Below, piece by piece: positions 38,701 to 50,899 of a stretch of DNA of 64,000 nucleotides. Each line of letters begins with the position of its first letter. Position 1 is the first letter of the stretch. The translations under genes were made by a program, and so were the position numbers. The DNA is taken from the NCBI GenBank assembly GCA_038087875.1, contig CM075985.1, forward strand, positions 21,018,001 through 21,082,000. The letters are read 5' to 3'. The notes under the pieces were generated by a model that was not told the origin of the DNA, ran no database searches, and saw nothing but the letters and a program-made list of their open reading frames with translations. The stretch is from Malacoraja senta (taxonomy: Eukaryota).

Positions 38701-38850
38701 GGCCTCCACATACTGCTTAAGAAAACTCTCCTGAACACTTTTGAAGAATTGCACCCCCATAGGAAAGTTAATATCCTGTACTACAAAAACCTTATTAGAC
38801 CTGCAGCTGTCTGCAATTTCCCGGCACATTTGTTACCTAATTGGTCAGTA
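35760..38850 (-). mobile_element. CR1 LINE (subfamily C, ~2.4 kb of CR1 sequence), interrupted by an L2 at 37917-38545
   Basis: ORFs 37070-37873, 36559-36801 and 36153-36401 carry KSPGPD, NYRPVSLTS, GVPRGS, KFADVT and LVRPHLEYC. The endonuclease remnant (TSDH..I) continues at 38543-38850. (TGACTCTA)-like tail at ~35760-35780. Confidence 0.9.
37917..38545 (+). mobile_element. L2-clade LINE 3' fragment nested in CR1
   Basis: DLEKI.HTFISSRLDYCNS...LQLVQN...LHWLPVRFRI.FK.LL...GDRAFAVAAPRLWNS. (GACTT)n tail at 38532-38545. Confidence 0.92.
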
Positions 38851-40899
38851 ATACCATCAGATTCAGTTTTTATGTCAGCACCACTTGCTCCATCTCAATT
38901 GCTGACACATATTTCAAAAGATATTATCCGATTGATATTCTATATGACCCTAGTCCCAGAATAACATTTGCGTATTGATTTTAATGTCTCACTCTAACAG
39001 CTATTAAGAATAATTCCTCTTATAAATATAGCTGAGGCACGTTGTCAGCCATAATCTTAATGAAAGCAGGGCACGCTTGTGTGTCCATTGATTGCTTTTA
39101 TTTCATATGTTATGTTCTTAAAATATCAATAAATCATTGGTAGTTGCAATACAAAGTTCCTAAAGGGCAGGAATTATTATTAAAGGTACAAAATTAAAAT
39201 TATAGGAAGATCAAAAGGGAAAATCTTGCCTAGATACTGGTGGCCATGGTGACCCAGGAGCACTTGGAAGAGGGTGTAGAGGAACAAAATGAACAAATGC
39301 AGTCCATGAAAAATCTGGTAATTTTGTAAGATAAGGAAATGATGGGCACATATTTCAGTACAGGAAGACGACTGGGTATTGCACTTCCTAAGGGTACAAT
39401 TCACTTGGCATTTCGCCAGCCTTGCCTGCTAATTCTAAATTGTGCTATTTATGTCCCAAAGTGCTCCTGTCTGGTCAATAAGTTGTACTCAATATTCATC
39501 TTGAGGGGTTTATACGTAATTTATTTTTAAAAATCATTTACCAACATATTTTGTTTTAAGGAAAACACGACTGAGAAATGATATAATTGTGTCTCTTATA
39601 AGACTTGGGATAAATACTTCATAACCCTTATTAAAGGCAACAAAATTAGTCTGAAGAAAAAGGTAATAAAGAATCTAAAAATACAGAATCATAAACAATA
39701 TTATTGTGCGCATATCCCTTAGAAATTTGAGAAGGTTACCTAATTAGACCAGGGTGGATCCAGCAAATATAATTTACTTGAAATATTCAAACGATGATTA
39801 AGACTTACAGAATTAATGGAACTGAGTTGGCAGAATTGGAAATTGGCTTATGTACAAAAAAACAAGGCTGATGAGAACTGGACAGCACTCTATCTGGAAT
39901 TAGCAAAACTTAATGGGATAATATTCTCAGTCCCCTGCTGTTTACATGATTAATTTATACATGCTGAAACAGGTAATTGCAACAACGGAAAAATTGCTGA
40001 CGATGCCAAGTGGTGTGCTCAGGGGAAATGATGGGGGCGAGGACTGTGAAATGGGTGAAATTAAGGGAAGCAGTGGGGGGAGGGGGGAAGACATGGAAGT
40101 AGGACAAGGGAATGAGAACATATCTATGCTGCAATTGTCCTGGACCTCTTTTCCACTACACCATCACCTTGCTCTGTCAATTCATGTGGTAAAACTGCGT
40201 GCAACAGCCACCCACATCTAAAGAATTTATGCACAAACATGTTTCTCTCCTCAGAAATGTAGCGGATGCAAGTCAACTTCATCGCCAAAGGAGGCAGGAA
40301 GCAGCGTTTATCATTTGAGAGGGGGAAGCACTGAAGAAATTTGGACAAAGTGGATCTGGTTAGGGAATGACAGATGGATGTATCTTTGTATAAACTGCAA
40401 GGATAAATTAGACTTAACCCTGATTTTTTTAAAGATACTATAATTACAACTCCAAGAACTAATGTATTCAACCACGACAATAACTTTATTTAAAATAATC
40501 CAAAGGGTAACTGAATTGCATATTTGTGGATGTATTGGAAATCCTTTCATTGAAGAGAAAAAAAGTAAAGTGCAGCCATTAAGAAAAATGGAGGACAGTC
40601 TCCAGCAACTCGTATAACATTAGCAGTTAGTTGTCATAAATTCAGTTACCGCAGAGTTCCCAGAATTACAAGTAGAACTAAAGTCGAGAATGCTACCGTG
40701 GACTCGCAGAGAATACAGGATTGCAAACATATGTGAATCTACATTCTAGTGTTTAATTGAATGCACAATGTGTAAGTGAACCATTGGTCTTTTATATTTG
40801 TTAGTTAATTGTTCCCCTTGCCATCTCATGAAATTATTAACTGAAGACCAAATTAGTGAACTTCAGTTACTAAATAGTTGTTAGATGCGATAATTGAAT

Positions 40900-41720
40900 A
40901 TACACCGTTTAACATGGATTCTAGAAAGTTTCTCCCTCAAGTGGTTAAGCCCATATCTCTCTACTCCTTTCCTATTCAAGTACCTGCTCAAATGCCTTTT
41001 AAACATTGTAATTGTTTGTCTCTTCCAGTTCCTCTGGCAGCTCATTCCACAGAACCACCTCTCTGTAAGAAAAGGTTGCTCCCCAGATCTCCTTTACATT
41101 TCTCAGCACACCTTCAAACTGTGCACTTTAGTTCTAAACTCTCTGACTATCTCCTTCATCTCAGCCCCTGATAATTTTATAAACCTGTTTTAGGTCTCCG
41201 CTCAGCTTCTTATGCTCCAGGGGCAATAAATGCAGCCTATCCAATCTCTCCTTTTAAGTTAAGTACTCTATTCCAGGCAACATCCTGGTGAATCACTTCT
41301 GAACTCTTCATAATGTTACCCCATCCATCCTGTAGAGGGATGTCCAGAACTAACAATACTCTATGTGTAGCCTAACCAATGCTTTGTACAGCTAGTGCGG
41401 CCTGCCCAACACTTTGTAGAGCTTTAGGTTTTAATAAAGCTTTAGATAAGCTGCTGCACAATAAATTACTTTATAAAAGATGGCTCTTGGAGATAGGCCA
41501 AAACCTAGCTTGCCAGGCCAAGGATTGTTATTAATGAGAAGTACTTTACATGGAAATCGATCACAAATAGAGTTCCAGAGGGATTCACGCTGGACAATTA
41601 CATTTCACAATCCATCTTTTAGATCCAAATATGTGGATAATGGCTGCAAATTCACAGATGACACCGTCTATGACAGGTTCTTCAAGGAGAAATAAAAACA
41701 ATGATTTATATGCAATGGCG
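40900..41720. mobile_element. Decayed CR1 fragments (minus ~40900-41400, plus ~41400-41720)
   Basis: KAFD-like and KFTDDT remnants on plus, with CR1 3'-region remnants on minus. Confidence 0.5.
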
Positions 41721-42112
41721 AAAGTGTCAACTTTTGTAAACATAATGAAATAGTGCATCATACACATGGTGCAACCCAATACCATGGATACAAGTGGTGT
41801 GTTAAAGTGAAGTATATCAAGGCCAATGTTTTGCTGATTACTGAGGCAAAGGAAGCATCAGGATAATTCGACAAAAAAAAATCGAAGCTTAATTTTAGTT
41901 CACTTGCGTTGTTATCTGAAACAGCGTACAGTTTTTGTCATTGGAGTTTGTGACATTGAAGCAATGGAAAACTATATCTAGCTGAAAATCCCTGCTGATC
42001 AGGACCAGCATGGACCCTTTCCTGATGATTGCACTGAAATATTTGCAATGATTTGCAATGAGCCTGTGTGTAAAAAAAAACGATTATATAGGAGAGGTGA
42101 AAACAGACAGCT

Positions 42113-43206
42113 AGAAACATAGAAACATAGAAAATAGGTGCAGGAGTAGGCCATTCGGCCATTCGGCCCTTCGAGCCTGCACCGCCATTCAATATGATCA
42201 TGGCTGATCATCCAACTCAGTATCCTGTACCTGCCTTCTCTCCATACCCCCTGATCCCTTTAGCCACAAGGGCCACATCTAATTCCCTCTTAAATATAGC
42301 CAATGAACTGGCCTCAACTACCTTCTGTGGCAGAGAATTCCACAGATTCACCACTCTCTGTGTGAAAAATGATTTTCTCATCTCGGTCCTAAAAGACTTC
42401 CCCCTTATCCTTAAACTGTGACCCCTTGTTCTGGACTTCCCCAACATCGGGAACAATCTTCCTGCATCTAGCCTGTCCAACCTGCTTAAGAATCTTGTAA
42501 GTTTCTATAAGATCCCCCCTCAATCTTCTAAATTCTAGCGAGTACAAGCCGAGTCTATCCAGTCTTTCTTCATATGAAAGTCCTGCCATCCCAGGAATCA
42601 GTCTGGTGAACCTTCTCTGTACTCCCTCTATGGCAAGAATGTCTTTCCTCAGATTTGGTGACCAAAACTGTACGCAATACTCCAGGTGTGGCCTGACCAA
42701 GACCCTGTACAACTGCAGTAGAACCTCCCTGCTCTTATACTCAAATCCTTTTGCTATGAATGCTAACATACCATTCGCTTTCTTCACTGCCTGCTGCACC
42801 TGCATGCCTACTTTCAATGACTGGTGTACCATGACACCCAGATCTCGTTGCATCTCCCCTTTTCCTAATCGGCCACCATTCAGATAATAGTCTACTTTCC
42901 TGTTTTTGCCACCAAAGTGGATAACCTCACATTTATCCACATTATACTGCATCTGCCATGCATTTGCCCACTCACCCAACCTATCCAAGTCACCTTGCAG
43001 CCTCCTAGCATCCTCACAGCTAACACTGCCCCCCAGCTTTGTGTCATCCGCAAACTTGGAGATGTTGCATTCAATTCCCCCATCCAGATCATTAATATAT
43101 ATTGTAAATAGCTGGGGTCCCAGCACTGAGCCTTGCGGTACCCCACTAGTCACTGCCTGCCATTCTAAAAAGGACCCGTTTACTCCTACTCTTTGCTTCC
43201 TGTCTG
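42113..43206 (-). mobile_element. 5'-truncated CR1 LINE, subfamily B
   Basis: ORF 42389-43153(-) with GVPQGSVLGP and KFADDTKLG. (TTCTATGT)n tail at 42113-42135. Near-identical to 28470-29544. Confidence 0.95.
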
Positions 43207-43404
43207 TGGAGCTATGGAGGTTTCTTCATACAAAAGTCAGCTAAAGAATATAGACAGTTTTTAGTAGATGAGTGCAGGTTTAGTGGAATAATTATCAGTT
43301 AAATAATCTACAGAGCATATCTCCCACTGCAGTTAATATCAATGTATACAAGGCAGTTCAGACTTGGATCAATTTTTTATGGCAAAGTGATCATCTAGTT
43401 TCCT

Positions 43405-44030
43405 ACGACACAGTGGATGGCTTGATTGTACCCATGTTCAGTCTTTTCATTGACTGGATAGCACACAGCGAAAAAGCTTTTTTGCTGTAGCTCGGTACTC
43501 GTGACATTAATACACTAAACTAAATATCTGTTCCTTAAACTTCGTCCCTACCCAATCTGTCCATCATCATCATCTACAATTTCAGCTGAATTGGATTATA
43601 TAGGTACAGGAGAATAGACTTCCGAACTGAACACTGAATTTTTCATCTTGAGATAACTTGCTCTCTTGCCTTATTAGAACAGTCGGTTTTTGCCTCTTGC
43701 CATTCTAGCTCATTTTCTATTTTCCTTTTTCGGTTGTATATTCTGGCCTGCTGGGCATGTTCCACTGGTTTACGATCAGCAATACAATACAAACCCCAAA
43801 AAAGATCGTTATCTGATTTTAACTGCCATTTCATTGCCACGTTTAAATAGGTCTCACCCTGCCAGATTTTCCCTTTGTTCTACCAAACCCTTCCTTGCTA
43901 CCTAAACATAACATGTTTTCTCCCTTTCCCAATTCGGATAGAGAATCCCATGCACAAACCATTAACTGATTCTCTTTCCACAGAAGCTACCCAACCTTCT
44001 GAGTTCTTCTAGCACTTGTTTATGTTTCAT
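43405..44030 (+). mobile_element. Rex-type 3' tail (43405-43525) followed by a decayed Penelope-like 3' remnant
   Basis: The tail matches 33080-33178. A downstream LNTEF-like remnant and a degenerate terminal repeat at 43930-44020 follow. Confidence 0.5.
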
Positions 44031-47000
44031 TTCACAATCTACAAAGAATAATGAATGGCTCCTCCACAGAATCAAGATATTGATTAAATTATAACAATTG
44101 TAAAGATCATTGGGAGGTTATTTCTTTATGCCAAATATAAAAAACATTGTAATCCCACACAGATATTTTAAGATATGTTTCTGTCACTTAGTCCAAAGTT
44201 GAAGTGATGAAAAGGCTGACTGTTCCTCCAGTTTGCCAAATTTTACACCAGTCATTGAAATATTCCTTTCACAGGAACAACTGAATGGCACTTCATTGTC
44301 TTTGAAGGGCTTTGAGCTGATAGGAGGTTCTGAAAGGTCCTCACGTTAAGAGCAGTCATTCTTTTGTTGCTGTTGACGATGCCAAGTTTAAATTATTTAA
44401 CTTTGCCATTAAAGATACTATATCTGAATTTAATGAGAATCACTTTCCCTGCGTGTTCCTTGTAGCAAACGTTAGTTAAATGTTCTCCCAATTCCATGAC
44501 AATGTTTACATCAGAAGCAGAAAATGAGTAACATCTAATTTGGTTAAACAGGGCTAAGTATAATGATGTGCCATACTTAATGTAGTTAATGCTTTTCAAG
44601 TGCTCAGACTGCTGACGTGGATGTTTCATTAAAGTGTGTAACTGTAAAGAGAACATGAGCTCACCTGATACGTGTCCCATAGCCGGATGGTACACCGCAG
44701 GGGAAGCTCCCTCATCAGTAAGTTATTCATCCATCGAAAAGCAAATTGCAGGTATTCAACTTCTGCTTGGTGCAAGTGTTTGTGTACTTGCTCTGCAAGG
44801 AAAAAAAATCAACTTTTTTTATGGTACTCACTAAAGATCAATTTAAAAATCTGTTACATGTCAAACTACATGCTAAAATGTAACTTGAAGACGAAGACAA
44901 AAACAGAATTATTCTCCAGATTTAAAAAAGAATGAGATTTTCTTCCTTTATATTTCCACTCTTTCTCGCCTTTGTTACAATATAGCAATGATCCACTACT
45001 ACCTAGCCCAAACGAGCATTCATCAAGGAAGAGTCAAGACTGGCTGCCAGCAAGCTCTTTCACCATAAAGGCATCACATCCATCTGACATTAAGCAATAT
45101 ACACATGCTTTATCTCTTCGATACATCACTGACTAAGGATAAAGAGTAGAATCCCAGATTAATCTTTCTCCTCCAAAACCAGTAGCAATTAAGCCCGATT
45201 TCATTTCCCTTCTACGATGAGCTCATTCATCACAAAGCAGATCAAAGGATTTTCTGATCTGTGGGTTAAATACACTGGCTGCCACCATTACCCAATAATT
45301 CAAGGGAAAATAATTACTCATGTACTTCATGGGTTGCATTTCTGGCTTGCCATACAAACTAAATTACAATATTACAATAAACTAAACTTCAACTCGCATA
45401 AAAATCCACTCATTGCTTAAATTTGTTTTGCATTGGTGCAGTTTTTTGGTTAAATCCTCCAAAAATCTGCAGAGAGCTCCTAATACTTTGAATTCAACCA
45501 TTAAATTCCTTCACCTTATTTAAAATTAATACAATGCACATATAATTGAGATGACATTAAAGGATTGTCCACGGACAACATTTTCTAAATTTGCCCCAGA
45601 GAAAATTTCTCAAACTGACAGAATTTATGCAATAAAAAAAACTATTTTTCAAAATGATTGTTAAGTAGGAAATAGAAAAACAGGAACTGGTTCACAGCAA
45701 CTAATAAGCTAATATTAATTTCCCCTTAAGTATTATATACCCAGCAAGTGACGACAGGCGTCTACATCTAAAGATGATGCGGCCAATCATCCCTTGTCTG
45801 CAATCTTCTCAGACGCTGCAATTGATGCAAAAAATATCACTGGAATTGCAGTCTAAAAATAGTTATTTCTAAGCTTAGTTTAGAAAAGGGAATAAAACTG
45901 TTGAAATTCCTTACCCACAGGGGATTAGAGCACTATCAGTCCAAAATTAAACTGACTACATAGAGTGTGAAATGGTCAGATAATTCAAGTTAACAACAGA
46001 TTTAGAAAATCTCAAGTGAATAATTGTTCATCTTTCTTTGTGATCTTTAGTGCTGGAAGCATCCCATTTGAGTTTTGCTATTAACAGAATTATAGGTATA
46101 ATTAATTATAAATCAAACACCTGTAATATATGATTATAAACAAGTAGAGATAGAATTCAAATGTAAACATTGTAAAAATATGAATTTCATCCATAAAACG
46201 CCAAATGGAAGACAGATTTGATAATTAAAACATATTAGCCAAGCACTTTTGAAATAAACATTTGAAATTTTGACTTGTGGTAATCTCTGAGTAACAGCCG
46301 AATTTCAGGAAAGGAATTGCTCCCAAGAAATATGATAAAGATACAGAAGAATATCACCCCATACTCAAAACTTTGATTTTCTGTTGCATAAATCCACACA
46401 TTGACCTTAATCACGTGCCTACAATGAAGTACCTAACCAAAATGGCTTCCTCAAAATACAAATGGACAAAGCATCAACTAATCGACATTCAGTGTGATCA
46501 TATAGGATGCTAGCAACACTTTCACAAAACCCAAAAAATTACAGATATTACATGACTGATGAAGCCGTGGTACAATTGTAGATTACACAGATCTGTATTT
46601 CAGGCAAGTAAATTCATCGATCGTTCATTTACAGGAGGGAACAGACCCAACCACTTTACTGCTGCAATCTACACGTTTTCCAACAATACAAAGCCAGACA
46701 TTTTTCAAATTCAGAGATAAGTCCAAGCTAAAATGAACAGGTACATGATCAGTAGCTTCAAACATCATCTTCCCTGCATGATCATCAGTTAATTTCCCAA
46801 ACCTTGCTTTTGATCAGGGTTTGATGGTCACATGCCTAAAGCATTCCTTTGTTCAGTTAAAGCACTGCTTACTTTGGTAAAGGCACAACGAACAGGTCCA
46901 TCATTTTCAATTACTTCATTCATCCATGGCTCTTATCTTGTGCTCAGTTAATTAACTCTCCCCATCACCTATATTTCCTTGAGATAATATGGATACATTA

Positions 47001-47771
47001 TCACATCCCAATATATTTCCACAATATACTTTTATGTGCCCCATGCCAGGCTCTTGTTTTAACTTAGGCTTCTGGTTACCATGGCGACAGCCTCAGAGAC
47101 TATGTTAGAGTTATCCCTGTTGCAACTGAGACAATTCTGAAGGTACATCCATTATTTCAAAACACATTAATACACAGACTGCTCTGATGGTGTAACTTCT
47201 AATGATAGTGGCATTATCATTTGAGTATGTTCCTATTTCTAATCCATGCTACTCTACCTGCTAGCTTGGCTATACAAAACAAATGCAACTTATTACGTGT
47301 AGTAGAACCACACTTCTGTCCTATCATACGCTGCATGGCATAATAGCAAGTTATCTTAACATGCAATTTTCCCATATTCATAATTAACTGAGTTCAACAC
47401 CTTCAACATCACAAGTCCAACATGATGCTCATCGTGTTGGACGTGATAGAGCATTTGCTATAATCGAACAGCAAATAAACAAGATCACTTCTTGATTTGC
47501 ATTAACGTTACTGGGGAAAAAAATACTACAGGCACTTAAAACATCACCAACAACACCACCATAATTTTCAGATAATGTGACTGTGCTTCTAACACAGAAG
47601 TAATAATGCAGCACAATGTGTTTGTGAAAGAAAACTGATTTTCACTGAACAAAGCAGGACATTATTGATCACTGAACCTCAATTAAAATTCATACATCAA
47701 TATTATTAATGTACAATGCAAGCAATACTTTGTGGGATTACTTTCTGCATTCAAATATATTTAAACTAGTT

Positions 47772-48040
47772 GATTTGTAGAGATACAGTGCGGAAACAGA
47801 GCCTTCGGCCCATCGAGTTCGTGCCGACCATGAATTACCGCTAACACTAGCACTATCCTGCACATTAGAGGCAATTTACAAATTTACCAAATCCAATTAA
47901 CCCACAAACCTATATATATCTGGAGTATGGGACAAAACCAGAGAAAACCAACGTACAAAGAAGAACGTACAAAGAAGAACGTACAAACACTGCACAGACA
48001 GCACCCATGGTCAGGATCGAACCTGGGTCTCTGGCGCTCT
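47772..48040 (-). mobile_element. tRNA-derived V-SINE (HE1-like shark/ray SINE) with a CR1-derived tail
   Basis: Minus strand: AGCGCCAGAGACCCAGGTTCGATCCTGACC (B-box GGTTCGATCC), central GCTGTCTGTG..GTTTGTACGTTCT domain, and a 3' GATGGGCCGAAGG..CTGTTTCCGCACTGTATCTCT end shared with CR1 tails. Confidence 0.8.
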
Positions 48041-48499
48041 ATGGCAGATGTTAAAATTGATTGAAGTGTATGATGTAGACATGTCATTTCCACTAGATAT
48101 TCTGCAAATTATGCATCAATTAATCACAGGAGAACAAGCAGCAAAGTAAATACATGCAATCTATTCTGATAGTAGCCACTAGACATGAGAGACTGGAATT
48201 TCCTATACCAGTCCCAAATACAGAGCATAAGTTCTCTGTTGCAATAAAACGTCATCATGGATAAAGTCCTGACACAAGAATGACTAGATGCTTTAAACAG
48301 AGGAAAGGGCACAAGTGGTTATACAAATATGCAAAGCTAAAAGGGTCAGACTCCACCATCGTTATTCCTTGAATTAACCATAAATAATTACACTAATGGA
48401 ATTTCTCCAGATTAAATGGAGTTAATAAACTTGATGAACCTGTGACTAGCATGCTGCGAAATGTAATCAGACTATAAATGATATATGATCTGAGGGTTA

Positions 48500-48720
48500 A
48501 GTTTTTGTTTTACACAGAAAGTGGTTGATATCTGGAACTAGTTTGTGGGCAGTGATGGAAGAAGGTGCAACTATTATGTTTAAGAGGCACCTAGGCTGAC
48601 AAATAGGCAAGGGGTAGAAGATTACAGATCAAAAGCGGACACATGCGATTAGTGTAGATGGGCAACGAGACAGCATGGGCGTGGTGGGCCAAAGGGCCCA
48701 TTTCTGTGCCATTTGATTTT
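48500..48720 (+). mobile_element. Old CR1 3'-end fragment
   Basis: tttacacagaaagtggttgatatctggaac ... gtgggccaaagggcccatttctgtgc. Confidence 0.65.
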
Positions 48721-49848
48721 GAGTAGATAAAAAATATTGACAAACTAAAATAAATTTCTGCTGAAGGCGTAATTAAGAGCAAATACTCTAATAATAAAAC
48801 TGATATAATGTATGATATTTCTGTCCAACTAGAATTTTAAAAATCTGAACAAATATGAACATGTACATAGTCATTTAAGAATCAGCTAACATATCTGGCA
48901 CCTCCAGAATCCATAAAAAACATGCTTACAAGTTGTCACAATAGCAATCTGAAAACACCAGAACAGACATTACTATCTACATAGATCATAAGAAGCAGTA
49001 AAACAGTAACATCTACTATAAATAAGAGTGTTTATTATTAATGGTCATCGGATGCTTTGAGTCTGAATTATATGATAAAAAATACCCAGGGTTTCAGTCT
49101 GACTGGTTTTGTGCGTGCTGTGAAAATTCTAACATGCCATTTCTGTCACTAAGTGTAATTTGCTCATCAAGCATCAACATATTCATACTTCAGAGACATG
49201 CATACTAGAACATGCAATAAAAATACTATCTTATTTGGTTTCTGGTCTGACTGCATTGGAATAATAAGGTGCTTGGGCAATCATCACGGAAGCATATATG
49301 ATGATTGTTTTTCTTGATGCAAACAGCAGGCAGGATATTACTCTGAAACTCCTCAGGTAAGACTGACTGATAGAAATACCTAAAAAAATTAGAACCACAT
49401 TAAAAATACACCACGACAAACAGACATTTTATTTGTAATCGTTACTTCAGTGTTCGTTTTATACAAAATCCTTCCCATCAGATTTAATGGTTTAATACCC
49501 ATTATAATTCTGAATAGAGGAGGTAATTCTTTTTACAGCTGGTGATATCATTTGGTGCACTGGGAAAAATTATTATGCGCAACACACAGAACATAAGATT
49601 GTAATTGCAAGTTAGATTAGAGAAGCCTCAGAGATTTACCAAGCGCTCCAAGGACTGCATCAGCTGCTGGTGACACCGTTTGTAGTAATGGTCTTGTGAA
49701 CAGCCATACTAAATCTGGGGCATCTGCATCCAGCTGTAAAAGTTGTTAATCTTCATATGTTTGATAATAATGTCAAATATGAACACAGTACAACAGTAAC
49801 AAAAGATCACTAATTCCTCTTTAAATGTTAGTCTTAAACTTGGAGTAA

Positions 49849-50643
49849 AGGGCCTGTCCCACTTACGCGACTTTTCAGCAAACTGTCTGCGACCTTCAAG
49901 CTCGGGGGCACTCGCCTGAAAAACCGCGAGCTGGATCAACCGTCAGCACTGAACACACACACATCGCAAAGGCGGGGACCAGCGAAAGCGGGGGAGCGCT
50001 GTCTGAAATTCACACGGTGCAAAGCCATGGTGATACCCGCGATGAACAGGAAGGTTAAAGACGGCTGGCACAGTGTACGGTAAGTTCTTTAAAAGAGCGG
50101 GGGGGGGGAGGGGAGAAGGGGGGGAGGAGGGGAGGAGGAGGATGGGGAGAAGGGGGGGGGAGAAGGAGTGGAGACACTTTTAAGAAGTTAGACAGCTTTT
50201 ATTAAGCCAGAGATACACAGCTGTGAAGTTTAGCAGGCATTTAACATTACCGGCCGGTTTTCCTTAGTTCTGAAAACTCGTGCTTACGTTTTTTCCCCCC
50301 AATGAGCCAATTAAAATGCCCGGTCAGCAAAGGAGATTACCTACGGCTACCTCGACTACCTACAACGACATGGCGACCCCGCTACCACTGCACTACGAGT
50401 TCAAAAGTATAGATTTTCTCCATGCCGACCAATTTTTACTCACAGAAAAATTTTCAGCTTGTTGAAAATTTATCCTCGACCAAACTGAGGCCGCGAGTAG
50501 TAAGAAGCGCGGGAACTCCTCTTGACCATGAAGGAGACTTACCAGTGACCACCTACGACCATGTGTCGACCGTGCTGCGAGCTTGTGACGAGCGCAAACT
50601 CTCCTAAACTCGCAAATAAGGTCGTCATAGTGGGACAGGCCCT
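49849..50643. mobile_element. Non-autonomous PIF/Harbinger-type element (795 bp)
   Basis: TAA|AGGGCCTGTCCCACT ... AGTGGGACAGGCCCT|TAA: perfect 15-bp TIR with TAA TSD at 49846-49848 and 50644-50646. CpG-rich, with an internal G-rich tract at ~50097-50170. Confidence 0.88.
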
Positions 50644-50899
50644 TAAAGCCCACAAAAACATGAACAACCATGGTTCAATCCTAAACTCCACTGTTGTCTG
50701 CATAGAGTTTGAAAATTCTTCAATCAATGTGCAAGGCATGAGGTCCTCTGGTTTGCTCCTATATCGTCTGGTTGAGTTTATTGTCATTTCCACAAGCCCA
50801 GCAAGGCACAGGTACAATTAAAATGTTGCTTGCAACAGCATCACAAGCACATCGACTCAGACACACAAAAACAAATAGCACACATTACTAAAAGAAAGT

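Noticed and set aside
47948-47990. Short tandem repeat AACGTACAAAGAAG x2-3
   Set aside because: A local slippage duplication within the V-SINE. It has no unique spacers and is not a CRISPR-like array.
48005-48040. tRNA-like B-box (GGTTCGATCC) as a tRNA gene
   Set aside because: It is the truncated head of a SINE and no full cloverleaf is present.
48124-48312. ORF containing 'ELMLCIWDWY', superficially like the upstream TBC1D22A exon (…IRLWDTYQ)
   Set aside because: Lacks the conserved QFAFRWMNNLLMRE and a matching splice donor, so it is a chance resemblance.
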